From positions 7,362-71,361 of the IMG/VR virus record IMGVR_UViG_3300020183_005994: a stretch of 64,000 nucleotides of DNA. One strand, written 5' to 3'. The stretch comes from a virus. The position numbers and the translations under genes were made by a program. This document shows, piece by piece, positions 32,401 to 41,481 of the stretch. The notes under the pieces are model-generated. The model searched no databases. It was not told the origin of the DNA and saw only the letters and a list, made by a program, of their open reading frames with translations. Within the stretch, counting starts at the first letter, position 1. Each line of letters begins with the position of its first letter.

Positions 32401-32982
32401 ACTGCTGATGGAAATTTTATTTCTGAAGAAACTTTTAATTATATTCCGCAATTATTTACTGGCGACACAACTTCCAGCGTAGCGATAAAGTCTACTCCAA
32501 GAGTAACTATTCCAGAAAGATTTGATTTAGAAGGCGCTTTGCAATTTGGAGAAAGATTTGGTCTTGACCTTGATGCCGGTACACGATTTGGATTTTTAGA
32601 TACATCAAAAATTGATATTTTAAAAACTCCTCAAGGTAGCTTCACTACCCCAAGGTATGTTGATGGTGCAACAGAATTGCTAGGAACTCCAAAAATCCCG
32701 AATGAAAGCTTAGGGTCTGGCGTAGAGGCCCAACCCTCTTCTACGCCAGAAAATCCAATAAGTGTTCCAACTGGATTAGGTAGAACAAGTGCTGGTGGCG
32801 GTAAGGTTGGCGCTTCTATTAAAGAGGGCGTCAAGGGACAAGTAAAAGGCGGCGGTAAAAATTTTTCTAATATTGGTAATTCTAATTTACCACCCGGAAT
32901 TTTTGGCGGTAATTCTGGTCCTTTTAACGGAGGAGATGGTGGTTTTGGTGGTAATAATCCTCCCCCCGGTGGATTTCCGTAA
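29470..32982 (+). CDS. Large hypothetical virion protein with a Gly/Pro/Phe-rich C-terminal tail
   Basis: About 1170-aa ORF in the tail module; ATG at 29470 just after the upstream stop. Confidence 0.65.
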   Translation: MFINFTQNQITNIRNEVFPAPEASTNSTFYISQITINSLGSSYDEGSTLTCDFFVTIRDELSKPKIFREEKAKKFMKLRVFQILSSEMQNKLAGIPNIFALDDLLNKYGSKYVDMNAGVAFFGSKNDVNEHYVEYTSEQDTTGIVHLRYKNSLFFNKNNFGDTPNLNNISYFGLGAVLFYDIREYIKENEILEQFSFKDTFISNIAIYDLIVNGDNVRPQILRDLRVVNTTFLQNSSLNRLINEQNKLGILTKKPTDKNSEKVNSFFSNLYLSKVFGVVNGEKKIYASGFFDIDFNSMIYENSPYKRYFKNLSFDTFLSLQRYSEIKSINILRKKIKKYKNTNSVKIINDLYGFKTIISSGESNEQYSISTIDAYEGYIEEIQKNNGELANRLAYRTIHFLDKNIGNENNGTYQYGLQIQYVDRLKQYVINNIIPNLRSSLINLKLYLNETNNFIKTSNYTRALNSNLLYNISLKNGYYDTLTDRFTYAFSNDANGPYRQKYSISNRVAILNYLSAASFFGLLKEEIIVDQKTGQTKIISYENDVLESLNNLLNPDFANIQSISYCVQVFEKLINMLQNIINSTGSSNCTIDYWFNNEYYEIDTQLYRSKSDKLMPSRGYKFLPDINDNKLQADDLKAVFERNVDSYIVDSSKDIVLKNDTVKICLGPSSIYNKENSLDISLESRENILTYPSPIFSNLEESIKKEKMFNYSTNEYYKDNGDDIEKNRQKFSDLLSNYSITISKPLYTQDEKTDLENNLYFIENKDKLQPYLINNILLKSINTNNKKFNLSSKTQKNPFSTITRNLPNNNQDFRQFLITNRSELQKYVLQSSFQVFSIISLKNILFNRDNSNTTNNDPRNFVKNIIQNSKYNLLFGTIHKVQYLEYNSVQTKNMIKADNWKDLDVATLNQILSFPDSVPVLCRLISADLDGIYTDVSMPIFNKYFLLIAGDLKTNVARDVPELTIENIEFENKILDFTADGNFISEETFNYIPQLFTGDTTSSVAIKSTPRVTIPERFDLEGALQFGERFGLDLDAGTRFGFLDTSKIDILKTPQGSFTTPRYVDGATELLGTPKIPNESLGSGVEAQPSSTPENPISVPTGLGRTSAGGGKVGASIKEGVKGQVKGGGKNFSNIGNSNLPPGIFGGNSGPFNGGDGGFGGNNPPPGGFP

Positions 32983-32993
32983 CGGTAAATTTT

Positions 32994-35057
32994 ATGAATA
33001 AAATAGGCAAAAAAAATATTTATGTTTCTGACGATATTGATGGTTTTAAAAATGATGAATTAAGAATCACTATCAATAATCAAACACAAGAATATGATTG
33101 TGTTTTAAATAATGAATTATTATATACTTTTGATGAATTTTTTGACTCTGTTAATCAAAAATATAGGGGAACTATAACAATAAAATCTAAAAATAATTCT
33201 AGAGATATATTAAATGTTATAAACAATTCAAAATCGCTTTTTCTTAATAAAGATATTACTGATATTAATTTTTTTACTTTCAAACACTATGAAAAACTAA
33301 AAGAATTATCTATAGGAGATGAAAATTTTAATAAAAATGAATATTTTAATTTTGAATGTTTATTTGAATATAATAAACTAATTGAAAAATATGAAAACTT
33401 TTTAACCTCAAATGATAAAAGAATTAAAGAACCAAATTTACCATATTTTTATGATTATGTTGATAATAATTTTATAGAAAAAACTGGTGGGAGAAACATA
33501 GCTGGGATTTCTAAATACGAAGATATTACATTTTTAAATTCTTTATTAGGATCTAGCGTTTCTACTTTTATAAGAGTTTTAAGTCCAGAATATAGTGATC
33601 CTTATTCCATTCCCAATCCAATAGTTAATACTACTAATATAGATTTAAAAAACTATTTAACAATATTTAATAGTTTTAAAGATAATTTTCCTTTTTATAC
33701 AGAAATAAATTTTAATACTCATCCAAAAGAAGAATATAATTTTTATAATTTATTTAAAAATAATTCTATTTTAAATGAAATAATGAATTCATTTCTTATT
33801 AATAAACAAAATTATACATTTAATAATATTAACAATAGCAACATAAATAGAAAAATATTTTTAAAAGGTAAAACTATAGATTCTAATTTATTTAATGTAA
33901 TAGTTAGTGCAACTGGTGGTGTTAATTCTCCTCTTATTGTGACGCTAGCTTCATTATATAACAATTTATTAAATGATAAAATGCGTTCAATGCAACAAAT
34001 AATGAATGGAGAAAATAATTATACTGAGGTTATAGGATATTTATTACAAAAATATGATGTTATAAAATTCGACAACGATCCAAATGTTGGAGTTATAAAC
34101 GCTATAGAAAGCGCACAGCCATTGCAAGAATGGTACATACCAAACTGCTCGGAAGAGCAAATAAAAATAATTGACACACAAGTTAAATATAATAAAAATT
34201 ATTTATATAAATTAAATACTATTATTATGTCTGTCGGTAACAAATATAAATATACAAAAGCTGGATTTAATCAAAACTCATCAGAATATACAATAGATTA
34301 TGAAAATAACCCAGATGTTAAATTATTTTTAATAGAAGATAGTTCTAAATTTATTAATAAGATTCTTTCTTATCCACCATTAAAACCAAACTTAGAATTA
34401 TTGCCAGCAATCGGTTCAGAAAAAGATTTAAAAATTAATCTTTCTACGAATTTAGGTAGTTATGTTGCAAAAGCTACTCCTATAAGCGATAAAGATAGCA
34501 TATATTTTAATGAAATAAAAAACACACAGTTAAGGAATAGTAATTCTTTAATTTTTAGATCTGATGATTTAATAACAAAATTTCAAATATTTAGAAAGAC
34601 ATCTATCCCTGAATCTTTAGAAGATTTTTCTATGGCAGATCTTTTAAATGAAATAGATATAAAATTATCTAAAATAGATTTTGTTACTTATAATGATACT
34701 ATAGATCCAAGAAAAATTTATTATTATACAGCTAGAACTATTGATTATCACGGCGGCATTTCTATATTATCTGATGTATATAAAGTAGAAAATGTAGATG
34801 GTCTTTTAAAGGTTACGCTTTTTAAACCAGAAGAAAAATATTATAATTTGTTAAAAAGTGTTAAAAGATATATAAAAATTTCTCCTTCTTTTGGACAAAG
34901 TATAGCATCTAAAATAGAACCAACGGATGTTAAATTAGGAATTAATAGCGATACAATGTGGAATAGAAATTTTAAAATGAGGCTTACTTCTAAACATAGT
35001 GGAAGAAAAATAGATTTTAATTTTAATTTTAAGACTAATTTAGATAAAGAAGAATAA
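32994..35057 (+). CDS. Hypothetical virion protein with FN3-like beta domains
   Basis: DTQVKYNKNYLY and YNDTIDPRKIYYYTARTID motifs. Confidence 0.6.
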   Translation: MNKIGKKNIYVSDDIDGFKNDELRITINNQTQEYDCVLNNELLYTFDEFFDSVNQKYRGTITIKSKNNSRDILNVINNSKSLFLNKDITDINFFTFKHYEKLKELSIGDENFNKNEYFNFECLFEYNKLIEKYENFLTSNDKRIKEPNLPYFYDYVDNNFIEKTGGRNIAGISKYEDITFLNSLLGSSVSTFIRVLSPEYSDPYSIPNPIVNTTNIDLKNYLTIFNSFKDNFPFYTEINFNTHPKEEYNFYNLFKNNSILNEIMNSFLINKQNYTFNNINNSNINRKIFLKGKTIDSNLFNVIVSATGGVNSPLIVTLASLYNNLLNDKMRSMQQIMNGENNYTEVIGYLLQKYDVIKFDNDPNVGVINAIESAQPLQEWYIPNCSEEQIKIIDTQVKYNKNYLYKLNTIIMSVGNKYKYTKAGFNQNSSEYTIDYENNPDVKLFLIEDSSKFINKILSYPPLKPNLELLPAIGSEKDLKINLSTNLGSYVAKATPISDKDSIYFNEIKNTQLRNSNSLIFRSDDLITKFQIFRKTSIPESLEDFSMADLLNEIDIKLSKIDFVTYNDTIDPRKIYYYTARTIDYHGGISILSDVYKVENVDGLLKVTLFKPEEKYYNLLKSVKRYIKISPSFGQSIASKIEPTDVKLGINSDTMWNRNFKMRLTSKHSGRKIDFNFNFKTNLDKEE

Positions 35058-35072
35058 TTCTAATATAATATA

Positions 35073-35080
35073 CTATTTAT
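35073..35080 (+). promoter_or_regulatory. Putative late promoter motif CTATTTAT
   Basis: Intergenic, about 25 nt before ATG 35105, with an AAGGA RBS in between. Confidence 0.6.
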
Positions 35081-35104
35081 AGAAAGTAACTAAAGGACAA
35101 AAAT

Positions 35105-36097
35105 ATGGCTTTTATAGATAATAGCGGTGACATAATACTAGACGCCGTTTTAACTGATACAGGAAGAATGAGATTAGCAAAAGGTGATGGCACTTTTCGT
35201 GTTGTAAAATTTGCTCTTGGCGATGATGAAATAGATTATAAGTTATATAATAAAGATCACCCTAGCGGTTCTGCATATTATGATTTAGAAATTATGCAAA
35301 CGCCAATTTTAGAAGCTTTTACAAACAATGCTTCATTTTTAAAAAGCAAACTTCTAACTCTACCAAGAAATGATTTTACATTTTTACCATCAATATTAGT
35401 CAATAACTTGTCTAATGGCGCCGGTACGCAATATGCAATACCAGAATTGGTACAAAATGGTTATGTGCTAGCGGTAGACGAAACTACAGAAAATTTCTTT
35501 GCTAATAATAACTCGCTGACATATAAATCAGCAGTAGTAAACAACAGGGGTATTTTACAAGGCTTTGATACTGATACAAGTAATAAAATTAGTTTAGAAC
35601 AAGGTTTAAATACAACTGAAATACCTCAAAGGGAAATTTTAGATCCATCTTTAAAAGAGCAACAATATATTATTGAATTTGATAGTAAATTTGGTTCTAT
35701 AGCAGCAGATAGAGTTGGACCTTTGTTTTTACAAACCCCATCTTATATTGATGATGATGGCATTGCAACATATTTCTTTTCTTCGGGTGTAGACACAGAC
35801 TTTGTATCCGATATTCCATTACCAAATCAAAATAATACTAATAGTGCCAATAGAGTAATAAGAGGACCAGTAGGAACAATGTTAAAATTTAGAATAAAAT
35901 CCTCTTTAGGCGTACAAACAAGCGATTATTTATTTGAAAATTTGGGTTCTTCAATGGACATAAGCAGTGCTAATGGTTTTCAAAATTATAGTAGTACTGT
36001 AACAAGCGCAAGACAAATTTTAACAATTTTAAGAATTTCTGGCGTAACAACCGGCGCTAGTGTTGATGTACCAATTTTATTAGTTAAAGTAAAATAA
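35105..36097 (+). CDS. Tail/baseplate structural protein (tail-collar-like N-terminal motif)
   Basis: DAVLTDTGRMRLAKG...KFALGDDEIDY. Confidence 0.65.
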   Translation: MAFIDNSGDIILDAVLTDTGRMRLAKGDGTFRVVKFALGDDEIDYKLYNKDHPSGSAYYDLEIMQTPILEAFTNNASFLKSKLLTLPRNDFTFLPSILVNNLSNGAGTQYAIPELVQNGYVLAVDETTENFFANNNSLTYKSAVVNNRGILQGFDTDTSNKISLEQGLNTTEIPQREILDPSLKEQQYIIEFDSKFGSIAADRVGPLFLQTPSYIDDDGIATYFFSSGVDTDFVSDIPLPNQNNTNSANRVIRGPVGTMLKFRIKSSLGVQTSDYLFENLGSSMDISSANGFQNYSSTVTSARQILTILRISGVTTGASVDVPILLVKVK

Positions 36098-36115
36098 AAT
36101 AGCAAGGATATATAA

Positions 36116-37237
36116 ATGGCTACGACATATAAAACCTTATCTGATGACGATGTAGTATCAACTAAAACTTTATTATATGAAAATATTCCAATTACTGGAA
36201 CTATAGTTTCTAGTAGTACATATGGTACTTCAAGTATTAAAAACTTTTCTCATGGAATGTTTCAAAGTATATATGATTATCCATATTTAAGTTCATCTGC
36301 TAATTTATTATTTGATATGACTGCTGGACAAGCAGCAAATTCTCCCGGTAGCAGCAGTTTAACGATAGATACATTTGCAAAAAAGAAAATAAATATTTAT
36401 AATCAAATGGCACAAGTATTAGCAGGTTTTGATACTACCGGTTCAATATTGAAGTTTGATAAAGATGGAAATCCTGCTACTGGTGGCGATAAATTTACAT
36501 CTATGTATTTTTTGAATTTTTCAAGATTATTAACAAAAGATGAAATTAAAAAAGGTAGTTATGAAATGATAATAGGTGTTACTTCTGCAAGTAATACTCC
36601 TTTTACTACTGCCGTCAAAGTATTTGATGCCAGTGGAAGTACAAATTATTTTGTTAATTCACCGGCTGGTGAATATGGTATTTTGTATGTTGCTGATTCC
36701 GTTGGTACTCCTTTAGCTAGCGCACAAAATGATAAAAAAGTAGGTTTTGTATTTTATCAAGCTGGTATAGTGGCATTAAATACGTCTTTGTTTACAAATT
36801 CTGGTATTAATTCTATAACATCTAGAATGTCTGGAACACAGGATGGACAATTAAGCGTTGGCGTAAATATGTCAGCTAATGCAAGTTTGACTTATGATGT
36901 AGAAAGAATGTTCCAAAGCGGTACAATAGATCAAATAAATGCTGGCTTAAGAAGCCGTATAAATAATATAAAATTTAATAATACAACAGAACTTAATTCT
37001 ACAATACATTATTGTAGAGTACATAATAATGAATTTAATTTTAGTTCTAATCCTACTTATTTATCTGGTTCTAAGATGGTGGTTAAAGATGTACCAGAGG
37101 ATTTACCAGTTTCTTATATAACCACGGTTGGTCTTTATTCTCCTGACAATGAATTATTAGCAGTTGCTAAATTGTCAGAACCTTTAAAGAAAAATCCAAC
37201 ACAAGAAATGACTTTAAGAGTTAGATTAGATTACTAA
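36116..37237 (+). CDS. Tail/baseplate structural protein (tail-collar-like C-terminal motif)
   Basis: EFNFSSNPT and YITTVGLYSPDNELLAVAKLSEPLKK...LRVRLDY. Confidence 0.65.
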   Translation: MATTYKTLSDDDVVSTKTLLYENIPITGTIVSSSTYGTSSIKNFSHGMFQSIYDYPYLSSSANLLFDMTAGQAANSPGSSSLTIDTFAKKKINIYNQMAQVLAGFDTTGSILKFDKDGNPATGGDKFTSMYFLNFSRLLTKDEIKKGSYEMIIGVTSASNTPFTTAVKVFDASGSTNYFVNSPAGEYGILYVADSVGTPLASAQNDKKVGFVFYQAGIVALNTSLFTNSGINSITSRMSGTQDGQLSVGVNMSANASLTYDVERMFQSGTIDQINAGLRSRINNIKFNNTTELNSTIHYCRVHNNEFNFSSNPTYLSGSKMVVKDVPEDLPVSYITTVGLYSPDNELLAVAKLSEPLKKNPTQEMTLRVRLDY

Positions 37238-37238
37238 T

Positions 37239-37466
37239 ATGAGCTATAAGATATTCAAAAAAAGTGATTTAATTTTTAATACAGTAAAAGTAAAACCACA
37301 TTTTGAATTTTCAATAAGAAATGGCAATTTATCAATTAACAATGGCAATGGATATGTAATGTTAAATTCTATATTTTTAACACCACCTAATTTAGTAACT
37401 GGCAGTTGCCCAATATCATTAGATTTTAGTTGTATAGATAATTCATTCTATCTTGGAGTAGTTTAG
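37239..37466 (+). CDS. Small hypothetical virion protein
   Basis: 75 aa, tightly packed in the operon. Confidence 0.6.
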   Translation: MSYKIFKKSDLIFNTVKVKPHFEFSIRNGNLSINNGNGYVMLNSIFLTPPNLVTGSCPISLDFSCIDNSFYLGVV

Positions 37467-37477
37467 GAAATAATTAA

Positions 37478-38665
37478 ATGGCTAATAATATAGAAATTAA
37501 AGAAGGTACTGGCGGTGGTATATATCTTAAAACTACCGAATTAACATCTAATGTTCATTCTCCACATCACATAATTCAAGAAATAAGTGGTTCTAATATA
37601 TCGTCCGTTGTTAGTGCTTTAAATGAAATTTCTGCATCCGTAAAAACAGGCGGTTCTGTTCAAATAGTTACATCTAGCCAAACAAGTCCTGTGTGGGTAA
37701 CGGCATCGCTTGCTAATCCAATACCAGTGACGGGATCTATAAATGTTGATGTGCAAATAAGTGATTTAATTACTGTAACATCTAGTCTAACAAATCCAGT
37801 TGGTATTACCGGTTCTACGACTATTAATAATCTTGCTTACACAACATACAATGCCTCTACTTATACTTCAAATGTCAATGCTTTTACATTAGTTGGGTCA
37901 AGTAGTAATAGAGCGGATGTTGATTCTTTAGGTTCTCAAAAAGTAGGTATTTTTGGTGCTACTAACAATAGAGTAGAAGTAGATATATCTGGTTCACAAA
38001 AAGTCGGTCTTTTTGGTTCTAATAATAATAGAGCAGTTATAGATACTCTTGGATCTTTACAGGTTGGCGTCTTTAGTAGCGCTGGCAATAGACAAACTAT
38101 TGATTCTTCTGGTGCTGCACAGATAACTGGTTCTGCTACAATAAACAATGTTTCATTTACGTCTTATGCTGGCACTACACACTCATCAAATGTAAACAAT
38201 ATATCTTTAGTTGGACCAAATAGCTACAGAGCAGTAATAAGTACGTCTGGTGCATTAAGTGTTACTTCTTCCAATGCTAATCCTATATTTACAACTCCAT
38301 CTTTACCAACTGGTACAATTAGAAAAGTTTTTAGTACATCTGATTCTACAATTGATTTTAACGATATAACAAATCTAGGCTCATTTCAAATATCTGCAAA
38401 TGATACTAGTAGAAAAGGCTTATTAATCACTAATCCAACTTCTAATCGGTTATTCATTTCAATAGCCACACAAGCGTCAAGCAGCACAGAGGGAAGAAAT
38501 GGATTTAATTTACCAAATAATAATAATGATCCTGTTAGTTATTCATTTATAATTTATCCTTCTGGAAGTTATTTTGCAGATGTAACTAATGTTACGCAAT
38601 TTTATGGTGGATTTTTTGTAAGCTCTTCTAATCAATTAAAGGTTCTTGTAACGGAAACATATTAA
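37478..38665 (+). CDS. Fibre-like virion protein with 20-aa tandem repeats
   Basis: Ser/Thr/Gly-rich, internal repeats, AGGA RBS. Confidence 0.65.
   Translation: MANNIEIKEGTGGGIYLKTTELTSNVHSPHHIIQEISGSNISSVVSALNEISASVKTGGSVQIVTSSQTSPVWVTASLANPIPVTGSINVDVQISDLITVTSSLTNPVGITGSTTINNLAYTTYNASTYTSNVNAFTLVGSSSNRADVDSLGSQKVGIFGATNNRVEVDISGSQKVGLFGSNNNRAVIDTLGSLQVGVFSSAGNRQTIDSSGAAQITGSATINNVSFTSYAGTTHSSNVNNISLVGPNSYRAVISTSGALSVTSSNANPIFTTPSLPTGTIRKVFSTSDSTIDFNDITNLGSFQISANDTSRKGLLITNPTSNRLFISIATQASSSTEGRNGFNLPNNNNDPVSYSFIIYPSGSYFADVTNVTQFYGGFFVSSSNQLKVLVTETY
37886..38125 (+). repeat. Four degenerate 60-nt (20-aa) tandem coding repeats
   Basis: TLVGSSSNRADVDSLGSQKV / GIFGATNNRVEVDISGSQKV / GLFGSNNNRAVIDTLGSLQV / GVFSSAGNRQTIDSSGAAQI. 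Confidence 0.85.
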
Positions 38666-38666
38666 T

Positions 38667-39089
38667 ATGGCAAATATTATTTATCCAAGAACGGTTGGAA
38701 CTGCAATAAAGCTTGTTAGACCTCTTGGGTTTAACAAATATACAACTAGTTCCGCATTCACTGTTTGTGGTGGTGCTTTATTCGATCCAAATAATAATTT
38801 TATTAATTTAACTGATATGACTACCGTTACCAATACAATAAAAATGGAAGTTTTAGGATTTGTTGAAGGCGGCGGTGATACTTTAGAAGTTCAATTATAT
38901 AATTTTTCAGATGCCAGCGTAATACATACAACAACTATTAATAGTACAACAACTAATTTTAATTTAAGTGGTAATCTTACATTTCCTTCTTCACAAAAAA
39001 TGTATGAATTGAGAATTAGAAATTCCACTGGCACAGGTGCTGTAACTTTAATAAGCGCAAATTTATTAATTGATTATTCGATATTTTAG
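38667..39089 (+). CDS. Hypothetical beta-rich virion protein
   Basis: 140-aa ORF in the fibre module. Confidence 0.6.
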   Translation: MANIIYPRTVGTAIKLVRPLGFNKYTTSSAFTVCGGALFDPNNNFINLTDMTTVTNTIKMEVLGFVEGGGDTLEVQLYNFSDASVIHTTTINSTTTNFNLSGNLTFPSSQKMYELRIRNSTGTGAVTLISANLLIDYSIF

Positions 39090-39101
39090 AGGATTTAAAA
39101 A

Positions 39102-40163
39102 ATGGCTAACACACTAACATGGTATACAGACATGAATATTCCGGTAGCGGATACTGGTTCTTTGATTGGCGTAAATCGTAGTTTACTATGGGGTATAAAA
39201 GCTGTTTTAACTGGTCAAGTAACTGGTTCTAATGGTATTAATGGTTCGGCTCCAGCTAGCTCATATTGGACATGTGTTAGCAGCAGCGATAGTAGCACTG
39301 TTGCTGCTTCAGATATCTGGGGTTCTACGTATGATAGTAGTAAGTTTACTTATGGTCTTAATTTATCAAACTATACTGGGTCTTTTTCTTGGACAGTATT
39401 AAGATCTCCATCAAGCATAGCAAGCAGTGGCTATCTATATCTATTATTAATGTATGCTGGTGGAAATGAGGAAACGCAAATAGGCGGTTTTATATCGAAT
39501 ACGCCATTTAATAGCGGTTCTGTAACCAGAAGACCAATATCGGCAAATGAAGTTTCTTTAGCAGCCTATAACGCTACTAATAATATGAGTTTATATCTTG
39601 CTCCTTATACTTCTGTTACGGATTATAAATATCATATTTGTAGAACGGCAACAGGACAATTTTGGCTAGCAATGTCAAAAAATCAAACAGGTAGATTTGG
39701 AAGATTAATAGGAGTTGGCTCAACTACGGAAACTAAAGCATCAGAAGGACAACCTTGGTATTCTTTTTGGTGGAATGAAAATTCTACTTTTAATGATAGT
39801 ATATTTTTATCACTTACTTATTTTAGTAGTTATTTAACTATGGCTTCTAGAACTCATAATAATGCTCAGGTTACGGAATTAAGAATACTAAGACCATATA
39901 CAGGTAGTGAAAATAGAGATGGTGATTCTTTTGATAGAGCATCAACTAATCTACAAGGAGAATTAGATGTATTTCCTGCTTATGCTTTTTATGAAGGTAC
40001 CACTCAAGTAACCGCCAATACAAGTGTTGGTTTTAAAGGTAAACTAACTGATGTTGTTGTTAGTTCTTACTTACCCGGATCTGTTTACCCAGCTTCTGGA
40101 GATATAGAAAAGGTTTGTGTTGGTGCATTATGGCTTCCATTTGATGTGGCACCATCTCTATAA
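39102..40163 (+). CDS. Hypothetical virion protein
   Basis: 353 aa, GAGGA RBS, Ser/Thr/Gly-rich. Confidence 0.6.
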   Translation: MANTLTWYTDMNIPVADTGSLIGVNRSLLWGIKAVLTGQVTGSNGINGSAPASSYWTCVSSSDSSTVAASDIWGSTYDSSKFTYGLNLSNYTGSFSWTVLRSPSSIASSGYLYLLLMYAGGNEETQIGGFISNTPFNSGSVTRRPISANEVSLAAYNATNNMSLYLAPYTSVTDYKYHICRTATGQFWLAMSKNQTGRFGRLIGVGSTTETKASEGQPWYSFWWNENSTFNDSIFLSLTYFSSYLTMASRTHNNAQVTELRILRPYTGSENRDGDSFDRASTNLQGELDVFPAYAFYEGTTQVTANTSVGFKGKLTDVVVSSYLPGSVYPASGDIEKVCVGALWLPFDVAPSL

Positions 40164-40175
40164 TAGGTAAATATA

Positions 40176-40442
40176 ATGGCTGCTTATGATTTTTATACTG
40201 GTTCTTTAGGATCTTTTTCTACTATTGATTATATAATCAGTAGAAACTACGTTGCTAGCGTAATTGAAACCGCCAGATACACACTATTAGCGCAACAATA
40301 CTATAAAATGAGAGCTTATGTTTCTGTATCCGGTTCTTACATTACATGGGTTTCTACAGGTTCAGTTGATACAACTGGTATAAATAGCGGTTATCCAACA
40401 TCTTCTTTAAGCGATATTACAGTTTTACCGCAATATTCTTAA
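40176..40442 (+). CDS. Small hypothetical virion protein
   Basis: 88 aa, AGGT RBS, four [ST][GAS]S motifs. Confidence 0.6.
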   Translation: MAAYDFYTGSLGSFSTIDYIISRNYVASVIETARYTLLAQQYYKMRAYVSVSGSYITWVSTGSVDTTGINSGYPTSSLSDITVLPQYS

Positions 40443-40464
40443 ATTGTGATATAATTACTGTATC

Positions 40465-41481
40465 ATGGCAGATCCTACAAAATATTATCCGTTTTTTTAT
40501 AAAGATAGTTCTGTATATTACAAAGATATAGAATCTGGCTCTTATCTAAAAGCTTTAGAAGGCGATTTACTTACAGGATCTGAATATCCGCGAACTTCTT
40601 CAATAGATATTAAATATTTTAATAGTGCTTCTGCTGATCAAGCAGCATTGAATGATAAATTAATACCTTTCTTAACTTATACAAGAAGTAGAAAATATAT
40701 ATATGCACTAAAAAACACATTAAATTCCTATGCTTATTCCAGCAATCATTATTTATATAGTTCTTCTTTGGGTGACAAAAACGATCAGACAATAAAACTA
40801 ATAAGCATACCATCAATAATAAAAGGCTCGGCAGTAGAAAAAGGTACGGTAGAAATAGATTTTTATGTATCTGGTAGTTTATTAGCAAAATTAAGCGATT
40901 ACAAAAAAAATGGTGAATTAATAGAAATAACTGGTAGTAATACCGGTAGTGTTGCCGGGGTTATTTTATATCAAGAAGGCTTTATTTTATTAACTGGCTC
41001 TTGGAATATAACAACAAATTTTAGTGAAAGTTATTATAAACCCACTGCACAAATAGATTATCCAAAATGGATTTATTGGGGTTCTGGGTTAAATGAAAGC
41101 AATAATTTGACTATCAGTTCCAGTTTTGATTTAAGATTTGATACAACAAATTACATCAATACATTAACGATGTTTATGCACGCAGAAAAGGGCGAGCTAA
41201 ACCACTCAAATAATCCAACTTCTATTGATTATAATTATAACACAAGTTCATATGTTGTTACCGGTTCTAAAATATATTATGAACAAAAAGATAGAACTAT
41301 AAAAAATACTGTTAAATATCCTTATGAAAATTTTACAGGAAGTCTAGAAAAACAAACATTTATAAATAAAATTGGTATTTTTGATGAAAATAGAAATTTA
41401 ATCGCTATTGCAAAATTAGCTAAACCAGTTAAAAAAACAGAAGATAGAGATATTACTTTTAAAGTAAAATTGGACATTTAA
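40465..41481 (+). CDS. Tail/baseplate structural protein, paralog of 36116
   Basis: GVILYQEG, ELNHSNNPT and FINKIGIFDENRNLIAIAKLAKPVKK...FKVKLDI. Confidence 0.65.
   Translation: MADPTKYYPFFYKDSSVYYKDIESGSYLKALEGDLLTGSEYPRTSSIDIKYFNSASADQAALNDKLIPFLTYTRSRKYIYALKNTLNSYAYSSNHYLYSSSLGDKNDQTIKLISIPSIIKGSAVEKGTVEIDFYVSGSLLAKLSDYKKNGELIEITGSNTGSVAGVILYQEGFILLTGSWNITTNFSESYYKPTAQIDYPKWIYWGSGLNESNNLTISSSFDLRFDTTNYINTLTMFMHAEKGELNHSNNPTSIDYNYNTSSYVVTGSKIYYEQKDRTIKNTVKYPYENFTGSLEKQTFINKIGIFDENRNLIAIAKLAKPVKKTEDRDITFKVKLDI

Noticed and set aside
37886-38125. CRISPR array or DGR template/variable repeat
   Set aside because: The repeats are degenerate, in-frame and spacer-less, differences are not adenine-specific, and no cas or reverse transcriptase gene is present.
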